A stretch of DNA of 64,000 bases from Eledone cirrhosa (GCA_964016885.1 OZ024744.1:7502001-7566000); one strand, 5' to 3'. Positions 45,018 to 60,346 are shown, numbered from the stretch's first letter. The notes: generated by a model not told the origin, from the letters alone. Made by a program: numbers and translations.

Positions 45018-45634
45018 TGTCAGGTGGTGTGTATCCCAGTACAACCTGTACATGTATCCCAGTACAACCTGTCCCATGGTCGGGTCGTTGGCGACTAAAA
45101 TGGCAACCCCACCAAGGTTTCTTGGTGAGGAGGGTGACTTTGGACATCCTGCAGGACTAAAAACAAAACCTGTCAAAGGGCAAAGGAGGTCTTAAGAGTC
45201 AATGGCCATCCGAAATCACCGGGAGATATGACCCCTTAGCCTTTGTCAAGGCAGAATTGTAGGAGAAGGAAAACTCTGATATAACACCTGTAACTCTGAT
45301 GGTATCCAATGATGTTGACCTGTTCTTCTTTTTGGTAAATATCATCTTGGTTAAGAGAGTGGGACTGGCTTTGTGCAGGGCCTTTGCTCACTATAAAAGC
45401 TTCACGACACAGGCATTGCTTTATATCTGGAGATCTCTCTGCACTTGTCGTCACATGGTACCATGGGCCCAGTACTATGTGTCAATAATTGTCACAAGTG
45501 TAGTGTTTGTACCAGAGTTTTGAAGTTGCTGGCTGGACTAAAAAGTCACACTCGTTCAGCGCATCGGTAGGAGTTCTCCTACATGGATATAAAGTAGTGG
45601 CCGTACTCGAAAACGAGTTGGCAGCCACCACCAT
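45018..45634 (-). mobile_element. Family J, full length, inverted
   Basis: Reverse complement of J with (TATG)n flanks. Confidence 0.88.
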
Positions 45635-45699
45635 GTATGTATGTATGTATGTATGTATGTATGTATGTATGTATGTATGTATGTATGTATGTATGTATG

Positions 45700-47319
45700 T
45701 TCTTCTGGTTTTATAATTTCACAAATTTTACCAACAGAGAGTGAGTCGGTTTCTAACATAGACACAAGACTCTCTCATTGGAATTTACACAACATCAACT
45801 AGGTAGATATGTATGTATGCATGCATGTGTAGAAATGGATGTTATTGTATGTGTGGATGTGTATATTTTGAGTTGTATGTGTGCATGTGTATATGCTTTG
45901 TACCTGTACATGTGTATATGCAGTTATTAGATGCAAAATTTTTGGAATGTTTTACATATTTTTACTGTTCCATTAATGGATTGTACTTGTAGTTTCCTAA
46001 CTAGTTGTGTTCTTTCTGTTCCTGTGAAGCCTAGCTTCTCAAGATTTGTATTGAGGCAGTTACTAACATATTCCAGTGCCCCAATAATCACAGGCATAAA
46101 TCTGAACGTGTAATCAGGGTGGAGTATCTGCAGATTTCTCATCAGTTCTGCATAAATATTCTTCTTTTCACTAATCTTTGATATTATATTGGCATCTGCT
46201 GCGCAGCTAATTTCCACTACTGTGCATGGTTTCTTCTCCCTGTCCCATATCATAATATCTGGTCTGTTATGCCTGCATTTTATTGGGGTTTTTACTGGAA
46301 CATTCCACCAGTACTCTTTCATATTATGTACATGGGTGTCTTCCACTTTGTTGTAGCTTTTAATGTGTTTATTATCGGGGCTATCTTTTTTACGAACTGC
46401 ATTGTACAGTGTTTTGGCCACTACATCATGCCTCATAGGTAGATAGTACCGCGATGACATCTTTGGACAGATGCTGATGACATGGGTGATATCCTCGATG
46501 TTAGTTCTGCAGAGTCTGCACTTGTTATCACATCTAGGTGTTTTGCCTGCATCCCTATCTCTTTTGTGAATCAGGTATTTCGTGCTAATCTCCTGTTCTT
46601 GGATTGCAAAAGCGTATCCTTCAAAGTGGGAGCCAATATAGCGGTTGTTGGTCCAAGATAGACTACTTTCCTTATCTATATTACTCTCACTCTGGAGCTT
46701 CCTGGCTACATATCCATGCATGTTTTTTTAAGCATGCAGTTGTTCATCCATGGATTCACTGCGATACTGCTGAGCGATATCCCTGGGTGTGAGTTTTTGA
46801 TTATCACACAGGGAATATCTCTCGAGGAGTTCCTTCCCAACTCTCATGATCTTATCTGTTTCATGCAGATAGACTTGCTCGAGAAGCGGGCTCCTACGCT
46901 TCGAAGTTCGTAGATGTTGTCGGAGAGATATGATGCGACATTCAAATGTTGTCTGGACTGATGTTAGGCCTCTGTCTCCCTGCTTACGTTTCAAGTAAAG
47001 GCGGTCTATGTCACTGTTGATGTGGAAGTTCCCAGTGTTGTTTAATATTTTCCGAGTTTCAACCTCAACTGCTCGGATTTCGTCTATCGTCCAATTGAGT
47101 ATTCCAAAAGTTGGTGTTAGGACAGGCACAGCAAACACATTGTGAGCCACTGTTTTGTTTTGCGCAGAGAGTTCCGATGACCATATCTTTCTTAATCGGG
47201 TGTGGTATTCCCTGGTTACGCGTTCTTTATTACAGATACCATTATAGGATATGTTCTCATCTATCCCCAGATATCTGTAGCAGTCCTCATCAGATATCGG
47301 TGATATCTGATGAGGACTG

Positions 47320-47320
<1 letters not shown>
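45700..47320 (-). mobile_element. R4/Dong-type retrotransposon family L, 5'-truncated
   Basis: YRYLG, IDRLYLKR, MHG, AIQEQ, CRLC..THVISIC (CCHC), RHD, HNRPDIMIWD..VEIS; (TATG)n on both sides. Confidence 0.92.
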
Positions 47321-47350
<30 letters not shown>

Positions 47351-47360
47351 TGTATGTACC

Positions 47361-47414
47361 TACGTCCTTATGGTCGTGTGTCTACCACCCTAACCACTAT
47401 ACCACGTGCCTTCC
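47361..47414 (-). mobile_element. tRNA-derived SINE head fragment
   Basis: rc ggaaggcacgtggtatagtggttaggg resembles the 14053 head. Confidence 0.5.
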
Positions 47415-47492
47415 TATGTCCAAATCCAGATCTACTTTTCACACTACACACCAACCACCTACCCTAACACCCATCCAGCCCCCCCCCCCAAA

Positions 47493-47634
47493 AAAAATGG
47501 AGTGAAACAGGGGGATATTCCAGCACCGACCCTGTTTGCCATATACTTTGCAATGGTTTTCTGTATTGCATTCAGCAATTGCGAGCATGGTGTTTACATG
47601 CGATATCGAACCTCAGGCAGCATATTTAACATCA
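47493..47634 (+). pseudogene. RTE RT fragment of the same family as 28636-31588
   Basis: KNGVKQGDIPAPTLFAIYF..YRTSGSIFNI; reverse complement of ~29869-30012. Confidence 0.88.
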
Positions 47635-47674
47635 GATTTATGTGCAGTTCCAGTAAAGCAAGTTTTACTTGCAA

Positions 47675-47910
47675 AGCACTTGCTCATGCTGCACGTCGGG
47701 CTGAGGAGGCCAAACTCTCCAAGTACCGGTCGCTCTCCGACAGGTTCGCGGTCGTGCCCTTGGCAGTGGAGACTTCTGGTGTCCTTGGCCCTAGGGCTAC
47801 CTCTCTATTCACCACCATAGGCGCTGAGAGTTGGAATGACTCTTCCAGCGCATCTTCCTTACCATCCTCCGAGGAAACGCCTTCTCCACCCTGTCAGCCG
47901 GGACTGTGGG
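47675..47910 (+). pseudogene. CRE-type RLE retrotransposon C-terminal fragment
   Basis: AARRAEEAKLSKYRSL..FAVVPLAVETSGVLG. Confidence 0.72.
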
Positions 47911-50402
47911 GAGGCCAGCTCGTGGGACCCCATTTGCTCACCACACGGATTAATAGGAAAATTATAAACTATTGTAAATAAACCTTTTTATGAAACCAAA
48001 TTGAAAATAGTTTTTTGTGAATCGTATTTGTTAACCACATCTGTGCCTACGCCATAAAGTTTATTTAACATTAATCGTTCATGACATCTAATTTTGTGGT
48101 TAAAATATGGAAGAAAATATGTGATCTTGCATAATAGCTGTGATTAGAAAGAATCCACATGATAGGATCATAAAGTAAAGTAGAAATCCATGTTCTAACA
48201 GCTGACATGGGAATATTTGATATTCTCAACCACATAAATTATCACGAACATCTCGGCAAGGTACTTTCTAGCTGAAGCAAATTTGATCCATAAATATAAT
48301 CACTTTATCTTAAAATAAAAATAGAAGCGGATCTCATCTCAATAAATTAATACTTTGTAATGGAAATCGGGAGATTTTTGCAAAGTAAACATCTAAAATT
48401 CCCTTGAGTATTACAAAAATTGTCTTTGTTTTTTTTACTCCAAATCAACTCAGATGGAAAAATACATTCAAGCTGTTATCACTTCACTTCTATTTTAAGT
48501 TTATTGTATCGTGTAAATTATCAGAGTCGTTAGAAAGTCGAATATTTTGTCGTATTTGTTACGACTCACTGTATTCTGAATTCAAATTCTACCGAGATCA
48601 ACTTTTCTTTCAACCAGACCAAGGCAGTAATTATAATAGTTACCTAATTTCAATGAAGCTTATATTCATCTAATCAGACATTTAGTGTTGTTGTTTAGTC
48701 AGGGACAGAATGGCCAAACCAATGGCCCCTTTGAAGGATACCAAGACAAGAAGGAAGGAGGGTGTTAAAAAGGTAATTTGAAGCCAAAGAGCTGGCAAGC
48801 ATGACTGCAATAGAGTGGAATTTACTAACAATTACCGAAGCTATTAGACCGGGCAACAAATTACATCTACGACATAAAAATGTCCCAACGGGATTTAAAC
48901 TCAGAACACAAAGAGTAGTGACAAATACCGCAAGTTATCTAGTCCTACGCTCTAATAATTCAGTTAATCCACCATCCAAGATTTTTATTTATTTTATCGA
49001 CCCTAAAATACCAGTGGTATTTGAGTTCAAAATACAGACATCCTGAATAGCTGAACATATAAATCAAGGAGTACTAGAAGAGACACTCTACCTACATAAG
49101 GTAGCCGCCATCCTCTTCTAATAATAAACTTAACGTCGTTCTCTGATGTAATAAAAATGTTATATTTAGGAATGGTGATGATGATAGTCGAGAATAATAA
49201 TAATACTTTGCTCAAGGTCAGCAATTTGAATGGAAGGGGAAAATCGATTAAATCGACTCCAATCAAATGTTGACAAGCTTCAATAATAGATTCTTACTGA
49301 GCAACTCGGCCTAATTGATGTTTTATTGATTAACACTCAACATAGGTCTACTTGATCGTGGTTCACCCGGAGCTAAAAAGTCACAAAAACAAGTAGAAAC
49401 AAACAAAATAGAACTTGTAGTAAATAGTAAATATTTGTGTACAACAAAGATTATATCAGAAGTTTTATGAGATATTTAATGTACTTAAAACAACTGTTTA
49501 TAAGTTTTCCATTAAAGCCGTAAACAAACATGAAAAAAAATTGTATTTTTCTTTGTACATTAAAGAAATAATATAAAATGAAAAAACATGTGCTTGTGTT
49601 TACATATTTCACGGCTAGTTGGGTGTTCGTTCATAGAAAACAATTTAGATTGCCTTTATGTCCCAGGGCTAACTAGCTGTAAAACACGTGCAGGCAATCT
49701 TCTGTGTTCCTCTGTCTACAAATAGAATAATGGCATGTTTGCATATTTAAAAAAAAAAAAAAAAAAAAAAAAAGGTTCCTTGTGTTATATACATTGTTTG
49801 TTTCTTAGGTAAATTAAATAGTAACAATGCCATGTAATAATTATTTAAAAGTTGGCAATTGTGAGCGGGCTAATTCGCCCAAGGGCGTATCTGTTATTGA
49901 TCTACTTGACCGTACATCGATAAAACCAAATTTCTACTCTGTCAATAGCAGCTAAACGATATGTTTTGCATATGATTAAATGCAGTCTAGCATACATAAC
50001 GTAATGGGTGAAACTGAATTATAAATCACATTAAGTTGTATCATAAATATGAGGAATAAATATTCGTGTTAAAGACGATTATTCTCGAGATATGCAAGGA
50101 AGAGGACTCCGAAAGTTAAATAGATTACAAACTTTCAATCCCTCTGTCTTGGGTGTATCTCCCTCACTGATGGTGCAATTTCTTTAATTAGTAATTCTTT
50201 CATGTTCATTACCTAAAGTATCTTAGCTTGTGATTGATTCTAGGGTTTTCTAAGTTTGATTATTGTAAACAAATTCAAAAACGAATTATTGTATCAGTTT
50301 TATATCTAAAACAAATTTCTGTTTCTTTTTACTCCATCATATTTTTTACTCAACCAAAGATCCCAGAAAGAATTTTTTTAAATCTTTGTATGTATATATG
50401 AA

Positions 50403-50718
50403 ACGGTAACTCCTAATGGAGTTGAACAGGCACCATATTGACATAAGGCTATTTCTAGGGGATTTTAAAACTTGGTGGACCCATCTACTATCTATGTCTG
50501 AATACAGCAGATTTCTTCCAGAGAATGATAGAGAGAGGAAGTGAGAAAGAGATATAAAGGAAGAATCGATCCCAGTACTAGACTGGTTCTTTTTTATCGA
50601 CCTCGAAAGGATGAAAGACGAAGTTAACCTCGGCGGTATTTGAACTTAGAGAGCAGAGAGCCGAAACGAATTTTGCAAAGTATTCTGACTTTCTAACGAT
50701 TCAGACAATTCGTCGCCA
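50403..50718 (-). mobile_element. tRNA-derived SINE with 3' extension
   Basis: Collinear with 12690-13030. Confidence 0.7.
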
Positions 50719-51389
50719 TGAGAAACATAGAAATTTAAACTGAATATGTATTATATTCTATATCTACATAATTATTTCGAATATCGGTTGAGACACTCCG
50801 TTATGTTCAACAAAACAGAATCAAATTATTATAACTGCGGTAGCCATAATTTCTATGGTAACATATATGTTATAATTTAAACTTGTTAGGTTTATACTTT
50901 GCTAACAATAATTCTTTAAATTATCATGTCTGAATGTAAAACTATCTGGAATATGTCTCGCCTATTTTTTAAATCAAGGTTCAAAGGTTAAATATGATAA
51001 AGAAAGCCTCATCGGACACTGGATAGTTATTATTTTTTTTTCCTTGGAAGAAGAGATATTAATCTCGAAATATCAGGACATATAAATAAAATAAGGTAAA
51101 AAAACAAACCCTGTTTCTTACCATTTAATTATTCTCCGCCCAAACCCGCATTGTTGTCGCTTTCAAACTTCGAATTCTTATTATATAATAAATTATATCT
51201 TAGGAAAAGGAGCCATATTTGATCATCGTATTTATAAGAGGGAACTGTAGTAGTCCTGCTTGATAGCAAATCTTAAATGTATACAACTGACATTAAATAC
51301 ATGTTGTGGGACTTATTTTTTATTGTAATACTTAAATAACTGTAATAGGCTTTGGATATTGGATGTAGTATTTCTGTGGTACTGTAATA

Positions 51390-52086
51390 CTATCGAGTTT
51401 GGCGCTCAACCACACCAAAATCAGACTCTTCTAAGTAACAATTCAACCAATCTTGCTATATGGAAGTGAAACATGCACGCTTTCATCCAAACAACAAAAG
51501 CACCTTGATGGCACCTACATTGCTGCTACTACTACCACCTTGACGGCACCTACACTGTTACTACTACTACCACCACCTTGATGGCACCTACTACTATTAC
51601 TACTACTGCTGCTGCTGCTACTACTACTACTGTCACCTACACTTGCCTACTTCGACACATTCAGAACATAAGCTGGCGACATCAGACTTTGAAAGAAATG
51701 TAAGCTGGCCTCCCACGCATATCTGTCATTGTACGTAAGAGGAGAGTAAGATTTGCTGGCCACTGCCATCGTGCCACCTCTGAGGCTATGTCCCCATTAG
51801 TTCTTTGGAGACCACAGTCACTAATAACAGGGGACACAAGCTCTCCTATCCTGATTTGCTGGCCACTGCCATCGTGCCACCTCTGAGGCTGTGTCCCCAT
51901 TAGTGCTCTAGAAACCACAGTCACTAATAACATAGGACACAAGCTCTCCTACCCCGATGTCATCTCCAGAGATTCTGGTATTGAAATCCAGGAATTGGCT
52001 GCAGCAATGAACGACAAACCCACGTAGAGATCAATTGTTGAGTCCACTTCGGCTGAGGCCGCCGGATGATGATGATGATGATGATA
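51390..52086 (+). mobile_element. RTE LINE 3' fragment with (TGA)n tail
   Basis: ILLYGSET..LDGTY, RRVRFAGHCHR..LVLWRP; internal ~104-bp tandem duplication. Confidence 0.8.
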
Positions 52087-52284
52087 TATATATATATATA
52101 TAAGTCAAGGAAGGGGCCACTTCCTAGTGAGTGAAATAGTAAGTACATAACAGTTAATGTACCAGAATATAAATCATATTACTTAATGTAGTCTAGACCA
52201 AACTCTTCTGAAAACTTATAACTTAATACATTTCCATTGCTACAACAAAAATAAGGTTTCAACATCGGCACAAGGCCAGCAATT

Positions 52285-52440
52285 AACCCCAATACATTAC
52301 TGGTACTTTATTATATCGACCTCGTAAGGATGAAAGGCAAAGTAAATCACGGTGGGATTTGAAGTCAGACCGCAAAGGGAGGTAACTCTATATTGCAAAC
52401 ATGGCGTCCAACCTTCTACCGATACTGCCAATCCGCCGAC
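52285..52440 (-). mobile_element. tRNA-derived SINE
   Basis: Reverse-complement similarity to 11843-11997. Confidence 0.72.
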
Positions 52441-52961
52441 TTTATAACAAAAATAATAATAATGTATATATATATCATTATCTATGAAAGGCAGATTGTT
52501 GTTGTGTGTGTACACAATTTCAAACCGATTCGACTCAAAGTCTGTAAGAATGTTGTAAATGGTCTAACTTAGGTCAACGATGGAAATAATCGATAAAACT
52601 AAATACATAACGCTTTATCCCTCTAATACAATCTGATTTACTCTCTCTATTCCCCTTAAAATTCGATAAAACTACATACATGTGGCAACATTCTCTTATA
52701 TACGATTAAACTTACAAACTTTAAGAGAGAGAGAGGGTGAGAGGGAGAGAGGGGGAACCTTTGTTTTTTAATGTGGAACGGTCAAATATTTATTTACTTC
52801 AATGACAAAGAGAACTTATTACATTTCATACGAAACAACAATTATCCAAAAGCAACAGATAAATTTATTCAACAACAAAAAAAATAGCGATAAATCTTTT
52901 TTAAAACATCTATCAACGAACATGGAAGAAAGAAGTATCAGTTTATTTACTATACACAATA

Positions 52962-53140
52962 ATATCCTCTATGAGGTCACTAAACCTGCTAGAAACAGCA
53001 GCTAACTCTCCCCCATATCACATCACTCCCTACTGTCTTAAATTTCGAAAACATATCCTGTATGAGGTCACTAAACCTGCTAGAAACAGCAGCTAACTCT
53101 CTCCATATCACACCCCTCCCTACTGTCTTAAATTTAGAAA
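52962..53140. repeat. ~90-bp tandem duplication
   Basis: tatgaggtcactaaacctgctagaaacagcagctaactctc occurs twice. Confidence 0.85.
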
Positions 53141-53411
53141 ACACACATTAGACAACTATGCAGAACAACTCCATCGCAGCTCTGTTGTTCGGCTGGCATC
53201 GTCTACGCGCGTGTTGCGCAAGTACTGTGAAACAATAAATTTCAACACTTCTTTGACAGAGATAATATCCATAGGCGAAACTACAATTGTTACTGCTGGC
53301 GCAGCTCCTGCTTCGGCAGTCCAGGTCTGCAATTCATTCAAACAGTGCCTGGCAGACAAAAAAGTGCTGCCATAAAATGGATGGTGCAACCTAACTTTGA
53401 TAACTTACTGA

Positions 53412-53439
53412 CCCCGAACAAAGCCGGGCTTTAATGCTA

Positions 53440-53440
<1 letters not shown>
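53412..53440 (+). mobile_element. Possible Helitron-type 3' end
   Basis: CCCG-aacaaagc-CGGG hairpin 8 nt before CTAG; the next base is C rather than T. Confidence 0.35.
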
Positions 53441-53515
<75 letters not shown>

Positions 53516-53516
<1 letters not shown>

Positions 53517-53738
53517 ACGAAGGAAATGTGGTAAGGAACCAGGTGGACCATAACGCACCAAAGTACTCAATACTTGAGGTAGTAGAGTGGGTAATAGGAA
53601 CCAGTAAGACCCCGACAGCTGAGCTCAAGCCGTTTCGACGGCTAATTCTGGACTAAAAAAAAAATATTTTTTTTTTTAGTCCAGAATTAGCCGTCGAAAC
53701 GGCTTGAGCTCAGCTGTCGGGGTCTTACTGGTTCCTAT
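53516..53738. mobile_element. Family B mini fold-back element
   Basis: Apex ggact-A10-tat-T-run-agtcc. Confidence 0.9.
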
Positions 53739-53901
53739 ATATATTTATATATTGTTATACTTTGGGATGGTCATGGTGCCAATAAGAAACACACGCACCA
53801 GTTGATTTCACTACAATTTATTATAATAAATTTATAAATTTAGGAATTTATAAATTTCGTGTTGGTTGGTTGGTTCCACAACCAGATGGTTGTTTATATA
53901 T

Positions 53902-53946
53902 TGTCAAAGTTCTTTCGTCACACATTATGTGACCTCTTCAGTAACT
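53902..53946 (-). ncRNA. Hammerhead-like ribozyme (family C, decayed)
   Basis: rc: GTTA-CTGAAGA-G-GTCACA taatg TGTGAC-GAAA-GAAC-TT-TGAC. Confidence 0.62.
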
Positions 53947-54146
53947 GGGGATTCTTTTCTTTGTTTTTGTGCCTCTCCTTTGTTCTGTCCTACGCCATTT
54001 TGTTTCTGTGTGTGTGTTGTGTGATCAGTCTGCGCATGCGCCACATCCGGGTGTATGTGTGTGTTTATATTCGTTTATTTATTTGTTTATTTACATGTTA
54101 CAGGTTGGTTGTTTGTTCTATGTGCGTGTGTGTTTTCATTTTGTCC

Positions 54147-55148
54147 TTAATTGTAAGTTGTGATGTTGCTGTTCCACTCATGTTTTCTATTTAATTTTGG
54201 TTGTAATTCTTTTATGTTTATTGCCTCTGTGATTTGTCTAAACATTGCGTCTTTTCTGTGTGTAGATTCTCTTTTTATTTCTATGTTCTCTAATTTACCC
54301 TTGTGTTCTATTTTAGCATGTTGGTAGAGTACAGATGATTCTTTACTATCTTGAAGGTCTCACCAGTGTTCATTTATCAGTTCCTCTACACTACGAGCTG
54401 TCTCACCTATGTACACTATATTTTTGTCTCTACATTGTCTTTCAGTACATCTTATGCTATATACTACATTTCTAGTTTTACAGTTAATATGGGGGCTTAA
54501 TTTACAGGTTATACATTTATCTATACAGGGGGGTCATTGAAAAGGGTATGTCTTGCTAATAAGTGTTTTTATGGAGGTACCTGGTCTTTCTACTATTATA
54601 ATATTGAGTTTATGTTTATCTAGGGCCCTTCTAAATGTGTAAGCTAGTTCACCTCTAGGGGTTCTATCGATGAACATTACACTCTGGTATGTATTGCTAT
54701 CATACCATGAGTTTATTCTATTAGCCTTATTCCTAGTTCTTTCTATTCTATTCCAAAATTTGCTCCTATACAAGGGGCAGGTCCCATTTGTGTCATTATT
54801 TACCATGTTTTCCCATCTGGTTCTGGCTCCTCTATATACTCTGATTTTATCTCTCTGATTTTAACCAGAGAACTGCATACAGTGGATGAAGTGTTGTATG
54901 TGTCTCTCTAGTTCTTTGAGGTTGCACATGCGGGACACGTTGCTCATCACCCGTACCAAATCCGCAATCAGTATGTTGATTTTGGTATGGTTCCAAACAG
55001 CTGAGTTTCGGTGGATCAGATATTCGGAAGTCATGGGTTTGGCATAATGGGAATGGAGGATTTGTTTTTTGTTATTAATGGTATCTAACCAGAGTTCTGT
55101 ATCTAATACAGGTAATCGATGGTTGGGGTGCTTGCTTCGATATATATC
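54147..55148 (-). pseudogene. PLE RT thumb, Cys-rich linker and GIY-YIG (Neptune/Hydra-like; clade unresolved)
   Basis: RLPVLD..HYAKPM; VMFIDRTP..VERPG; manual frame: [30 protein letters not shown]. Confidence 0.88.
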
Positions 55149-55258
55149 ATGCGTGTGTTTCTTATTGGCAACATGACCCTCCCAAAGTATAACAATATCG
55201 GTTTCAACACACGTTTTCAGATAAAGAATCTTGCTAAACAAATTCAGAAACGAAATAT

Positions 55259-55304
<46 letters not shown>

Positions 55305-55410
55305 ATAATAATAAAATTGAAGACTAAAATCCAAAGAGGGCTCGATAAGGATAAATATATATCAAATATATAAGAACCGTAGAGCAAATATTTATTAAAT
55401 AACAGATTAA

Positions 55411-55461
55411 AGTTTAAGCAAAGAATCGCTGCTTTCACCCTTAACGGGATCTTCTGAAACT
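55411..55461 (-). ncRNA. Variant hammerhead (family I)
   Basis: Same CAGAAGA-core motif. Confidence 0.62.
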
Positions 55462-56389
55462 AACATAGTCAATCTGTAAACGCAGAACTGGATATTTCAA
55501 AAAACGTTGCAACCGGAGGAAGACAGGAAGACGATACTTTGGTTCGTGGTAACGTTCGCTGGCAAAGAACGGGAAAAAACGAATAATACGTCATTAATAG
55601 GAGCGGTGAAAAACAATTACACGCAAAGACAGAACCACGTTTATGGTATAAAAGAGGTCGTAGACTAATGTTCTCTTATGTGGTGCATAGAGACGTTCTC
55701 TGGCAATGAACGAAAAATCGAAGATAATAAGTCATATGTGGAGCGTGGAGAACATTAGCACGCAAAAACAAAACCACGTAAATGGTATAGCAGAAGTCGT
55801 AGACTAAAATTCTAACTAGGAGACCAAATGAATCTCCGCTACAGAGTCAAGAACAAAGTAAATAAATACAATACAGAAGTAATAGAAATAAATAAATACG
55901 TACACGCAAACAAATACGTACATACACAAGCATACTCAAAACCTTACCATAGGTATACAAAACCACGCACATATGAATATGTGTGTGTGTGTATGCTTGT
56001 GTACAAATAAATAAATAATTATATAAACGTATATAAGTAAATAAATACGTATATAACAAGCGCACACACATACCTACATATAAATATACGAATGTTCGGA
56101 GACGTAAGTCAACTAAAACAAGAAGTACACATATACACACACCCACTATACGTACGAACATGCATTCTCACGCAGACGTAAAACTCCCCTATACACATAG
56201 CCAAACCCTAAATACCAGAATATATAAAAATTATACGCCATAACAATCAAATATACGTACGAGAAGGTATACATACCTTCACAAAACATACGGGTAATAT
56301 ATACTTACCTATGCAAATAAGTAAAGGAATAAACAAAACATATACTTAGCTCCCACATCAAGACGTAAAATATCCACGTATAGATCGTA

Positions 56390-56945
56390 CTATCCGTTAG
56401 GGTATAACGTTGGGCTGTAATACAGGAAAGTTTTGTGCAATTTATGTTTACAAGCCGAAATTGCCTCAGATTTTTTGTTTAAGATGTGGTCTGTGGCGTA
56501 GAGTATTTCCAGGGCCTCAGCGGCGCAGAGGTCACATGGTCTTTTATTTCCGTTATACGATCTAGCCCTCGCTAGGATCTCCCAGTGTAACTTATATTGG
56601 GTGTGGTTGTCTTTTAGACTCCAGATATAAGCTGAAAGTGACGTCATATTCCTTCTTAGAGGGTAACGAAAAGAATGGGTATGCATGTAGAGACGCTGCT
56701 TGAAACTATTGGTGGTTAACCCTATGTAGGCCCTACGGGACGTGGGTGTTACAACCTTACATTTGTAGACAATGTTACTAGAGAGGCATTTCCCGGAAAG
56801 GGGCAATCAGCCCGATTCCTACAATTACAGTTAGTACTAACTACAGGGTTGCACGTGTTCCTACGGCTAGGTAGTTTAGCTAAATTTGAAGCTGTGATGT
56901 TATGTGCAAGGTTAGGAGTCGTAGAGTAAGAAATTTTAATAGGGA
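56390..56945 (-). pseudogene. Naiad-type linker plus GIY-YIG
   Basis: IKISYSTTPNL, CNCRNRADCP/LSGKC..IVY..YIGLT..FKQRLYMH..SF..CDLC..LNKKSE..CKH. Confidence 0.92.
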
Positions 56946-57675
56946 AAGGGGAGTTTTGCGTCTGCGTGAGTATGCAGGTTCGTTCGTATGGTGGGTGTGT
57001 GTATATGTATACTTCTTGTTTTAGTTGACTTACGTCTCCGAACATTCGTGTATTTATATGTAGGTATGTGTGTGCGCTTGTTATATACGTATTTATTTAC
57101 TTATATACGTTTATATAATTATTTATTTATTTGTACACAAGCATACACAAACACACATATTTATATGTGCGTGGTTTTGTATACCTATGGTAAGGTTTTG
57201 CGTATGCTTCTGTATGTACGTATTTGTTTGCGTGTACGTATTTATTTATTTCTATTACTTCTGTATTGTATTTATTTACTTTGTTCTTAACTCTGTAGCG
57301 GAGATTCATTTGGTCTCCTAGTTAGAATTTTAGTCTACGACTTCTGCTATACCATTTACGTGGTTTTGTTTTTGCGTGCTATTGTTCTCTACGCTCCACA
57401 TATGACTTATTATCTTCATTTTTTCGTTCATTGCCAGAGAACGTCTCTATGAACCACCTAAGAGAACATTAGTCTACGACCTCTTTTATACCATAAACGT
57501 GATTCTGTCTTTGCGCGTAATTTTTTTCACCGCTCCTATTAATGACGTATTATTCGTTTTTTTCCCTTTCTTTGCCAGCGAACGTTTCCACGAACCAAAG
57601 TATCGTCTTCCTGTCTTCCTCCGGTTGCAACGTTTTTTGAAATATCCAGTTCTGCGTTTGCAGATTGACTTTGTT

Positions 57676-57726
57676 AGTTTCAGAAGATCCCGTTAAGGGT
57701 GAAAGCAGCGATTCTTTGCTTAAACT
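57676..57726 (+). ncRNA. Variant hammerhead (family I)
   Basis: Same CAGAAGA-core motif. Confidence 0.62.
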
Positions 57727-57989
57727 TTAATCTGTTATTTAATAAATATATATATATATATATATATATCTTGTTATACTTGGGGGGTCATACTTGTGTA
57801 ATATTGCCAGAATTAATAACAGAACAAACTCACTGTTTGGTTTGTTTTCGCTTTTCGCTTCTGTGTCTTTTATATCGGTAATCTAATATACTCGGTCCTC
57901 AATGTTGCCATTGACTGACCGACGGTCAAAAATAATACAGATACAATATAGACACAAACACATATATATAGTTTATCATAAATCTTTTA

Positions 57990-59603
<1,614 letters not shown>

Positions 59604-59803
59604 NNNNNNNNNNNNNNNNNNNNNNNNNNNNNNNNNNNNNNNNNNNNNNNNNNNNNNNNNNNNNNNNNNNNNNNNNNNNNNNNNNNNNNNNNNNNNNNNN
59701 NNNNNNNNNNNNNNNNNNNNNNNNNNNNNNNNNNNNNNNNNNNNNNNNNNNNNNNNNNNNNNNNNNNNNNNNNNNNNNNNNNNNNNNNNNNNNNNNNNNN
59801 NNN
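59604..59803. other. Assembly gap (200 N)
   Basis: Run of N. Confidence 1.
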
Positions 59804-59859
59804 CAACGATCGTTCAACACCGCTAGAAAAGATTTTTTAGTGAATATAAAAATATGTGT

Positions 59860-60346
59860 TTAATAAGAGATACAGCTATGGCAGTAATGGAGAAATTGGC
59901 AAGAATATGGTGGAGCAAAATTAGCTTTGAGACAAGTACAGAGTGTACAAATCGCTGGTAGTCTCCATCCTCCTATATGGGTGTCTGACGTGGACACTTT
60001 TATCAGAAACATAGAGAAGGATTCAGGTGGTTGAGGGCAAATGCATGAGAAAACTCCTTCGTACTTCCTATTGAGAACGTAACACCTATGAATACGGGGG
60101 GGGGGAGTAAGGTTAAAAGTTTTGTCGGTCAACGGGAACCTTTCCTCGCCACCGTTGAAGGTGGACGCAGGGTGCGGATGCCAACGCAAAAAACTGGTTG
60201 AACAATGTCAAAGAATGGACGCACATGACATCACCAGAGGGCCGTCGTTGATAGACTATTTTGAATGATTGCTGCTTCTGAATTCAGATTCCCCTGACGA
60301 CTAGAGAAGTTAATGCACTGGTGATGATGATGATGATGATGATGAT
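59860..60346 (+). mobile_element. RTE LINE 3' fragment with (GAT)n tail
   Basis: LARIW..YKSLVVSILLYGC.TWTL..VEGGRR..NWLNNVKEWT. Confidence 0.75.

Larger units (their letters stand above)
53751..55258 (-). mobile_element. Family C PLE (non-Naiad), 5'-truncated, with inverted pLTR end+tail at 55150-55258
   Basis: ORF remnant, pLTR and hammerhead on minus; tail on plus. Confidence 0.88.
55300..57748. mobile_element. Family I Naiad PLE fold-back (tail+pLTR+ORF on minus; tail-less pLTR on plus)
   Basis: 55388-56190 is the reverse complement of ~56948-57748. Confidence 0.92.

Noticed and set aside
47281-47319. CTGATGAG in a short palindrome as a hammerhead
   Set aside because: It is RT coding sequence (SDEDCYRYLG) mirrored by an 18-bp 5' inversion of family L, and no GAAA or stems follow.
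47950-51380. Host gene exons in the repeat-poor stretch
   Set aside because: No convincing ORF. Isolated splice-like motifs (e.g. minus-strand ATG-gtaag near 51120) are insufficient without RNA-seq.
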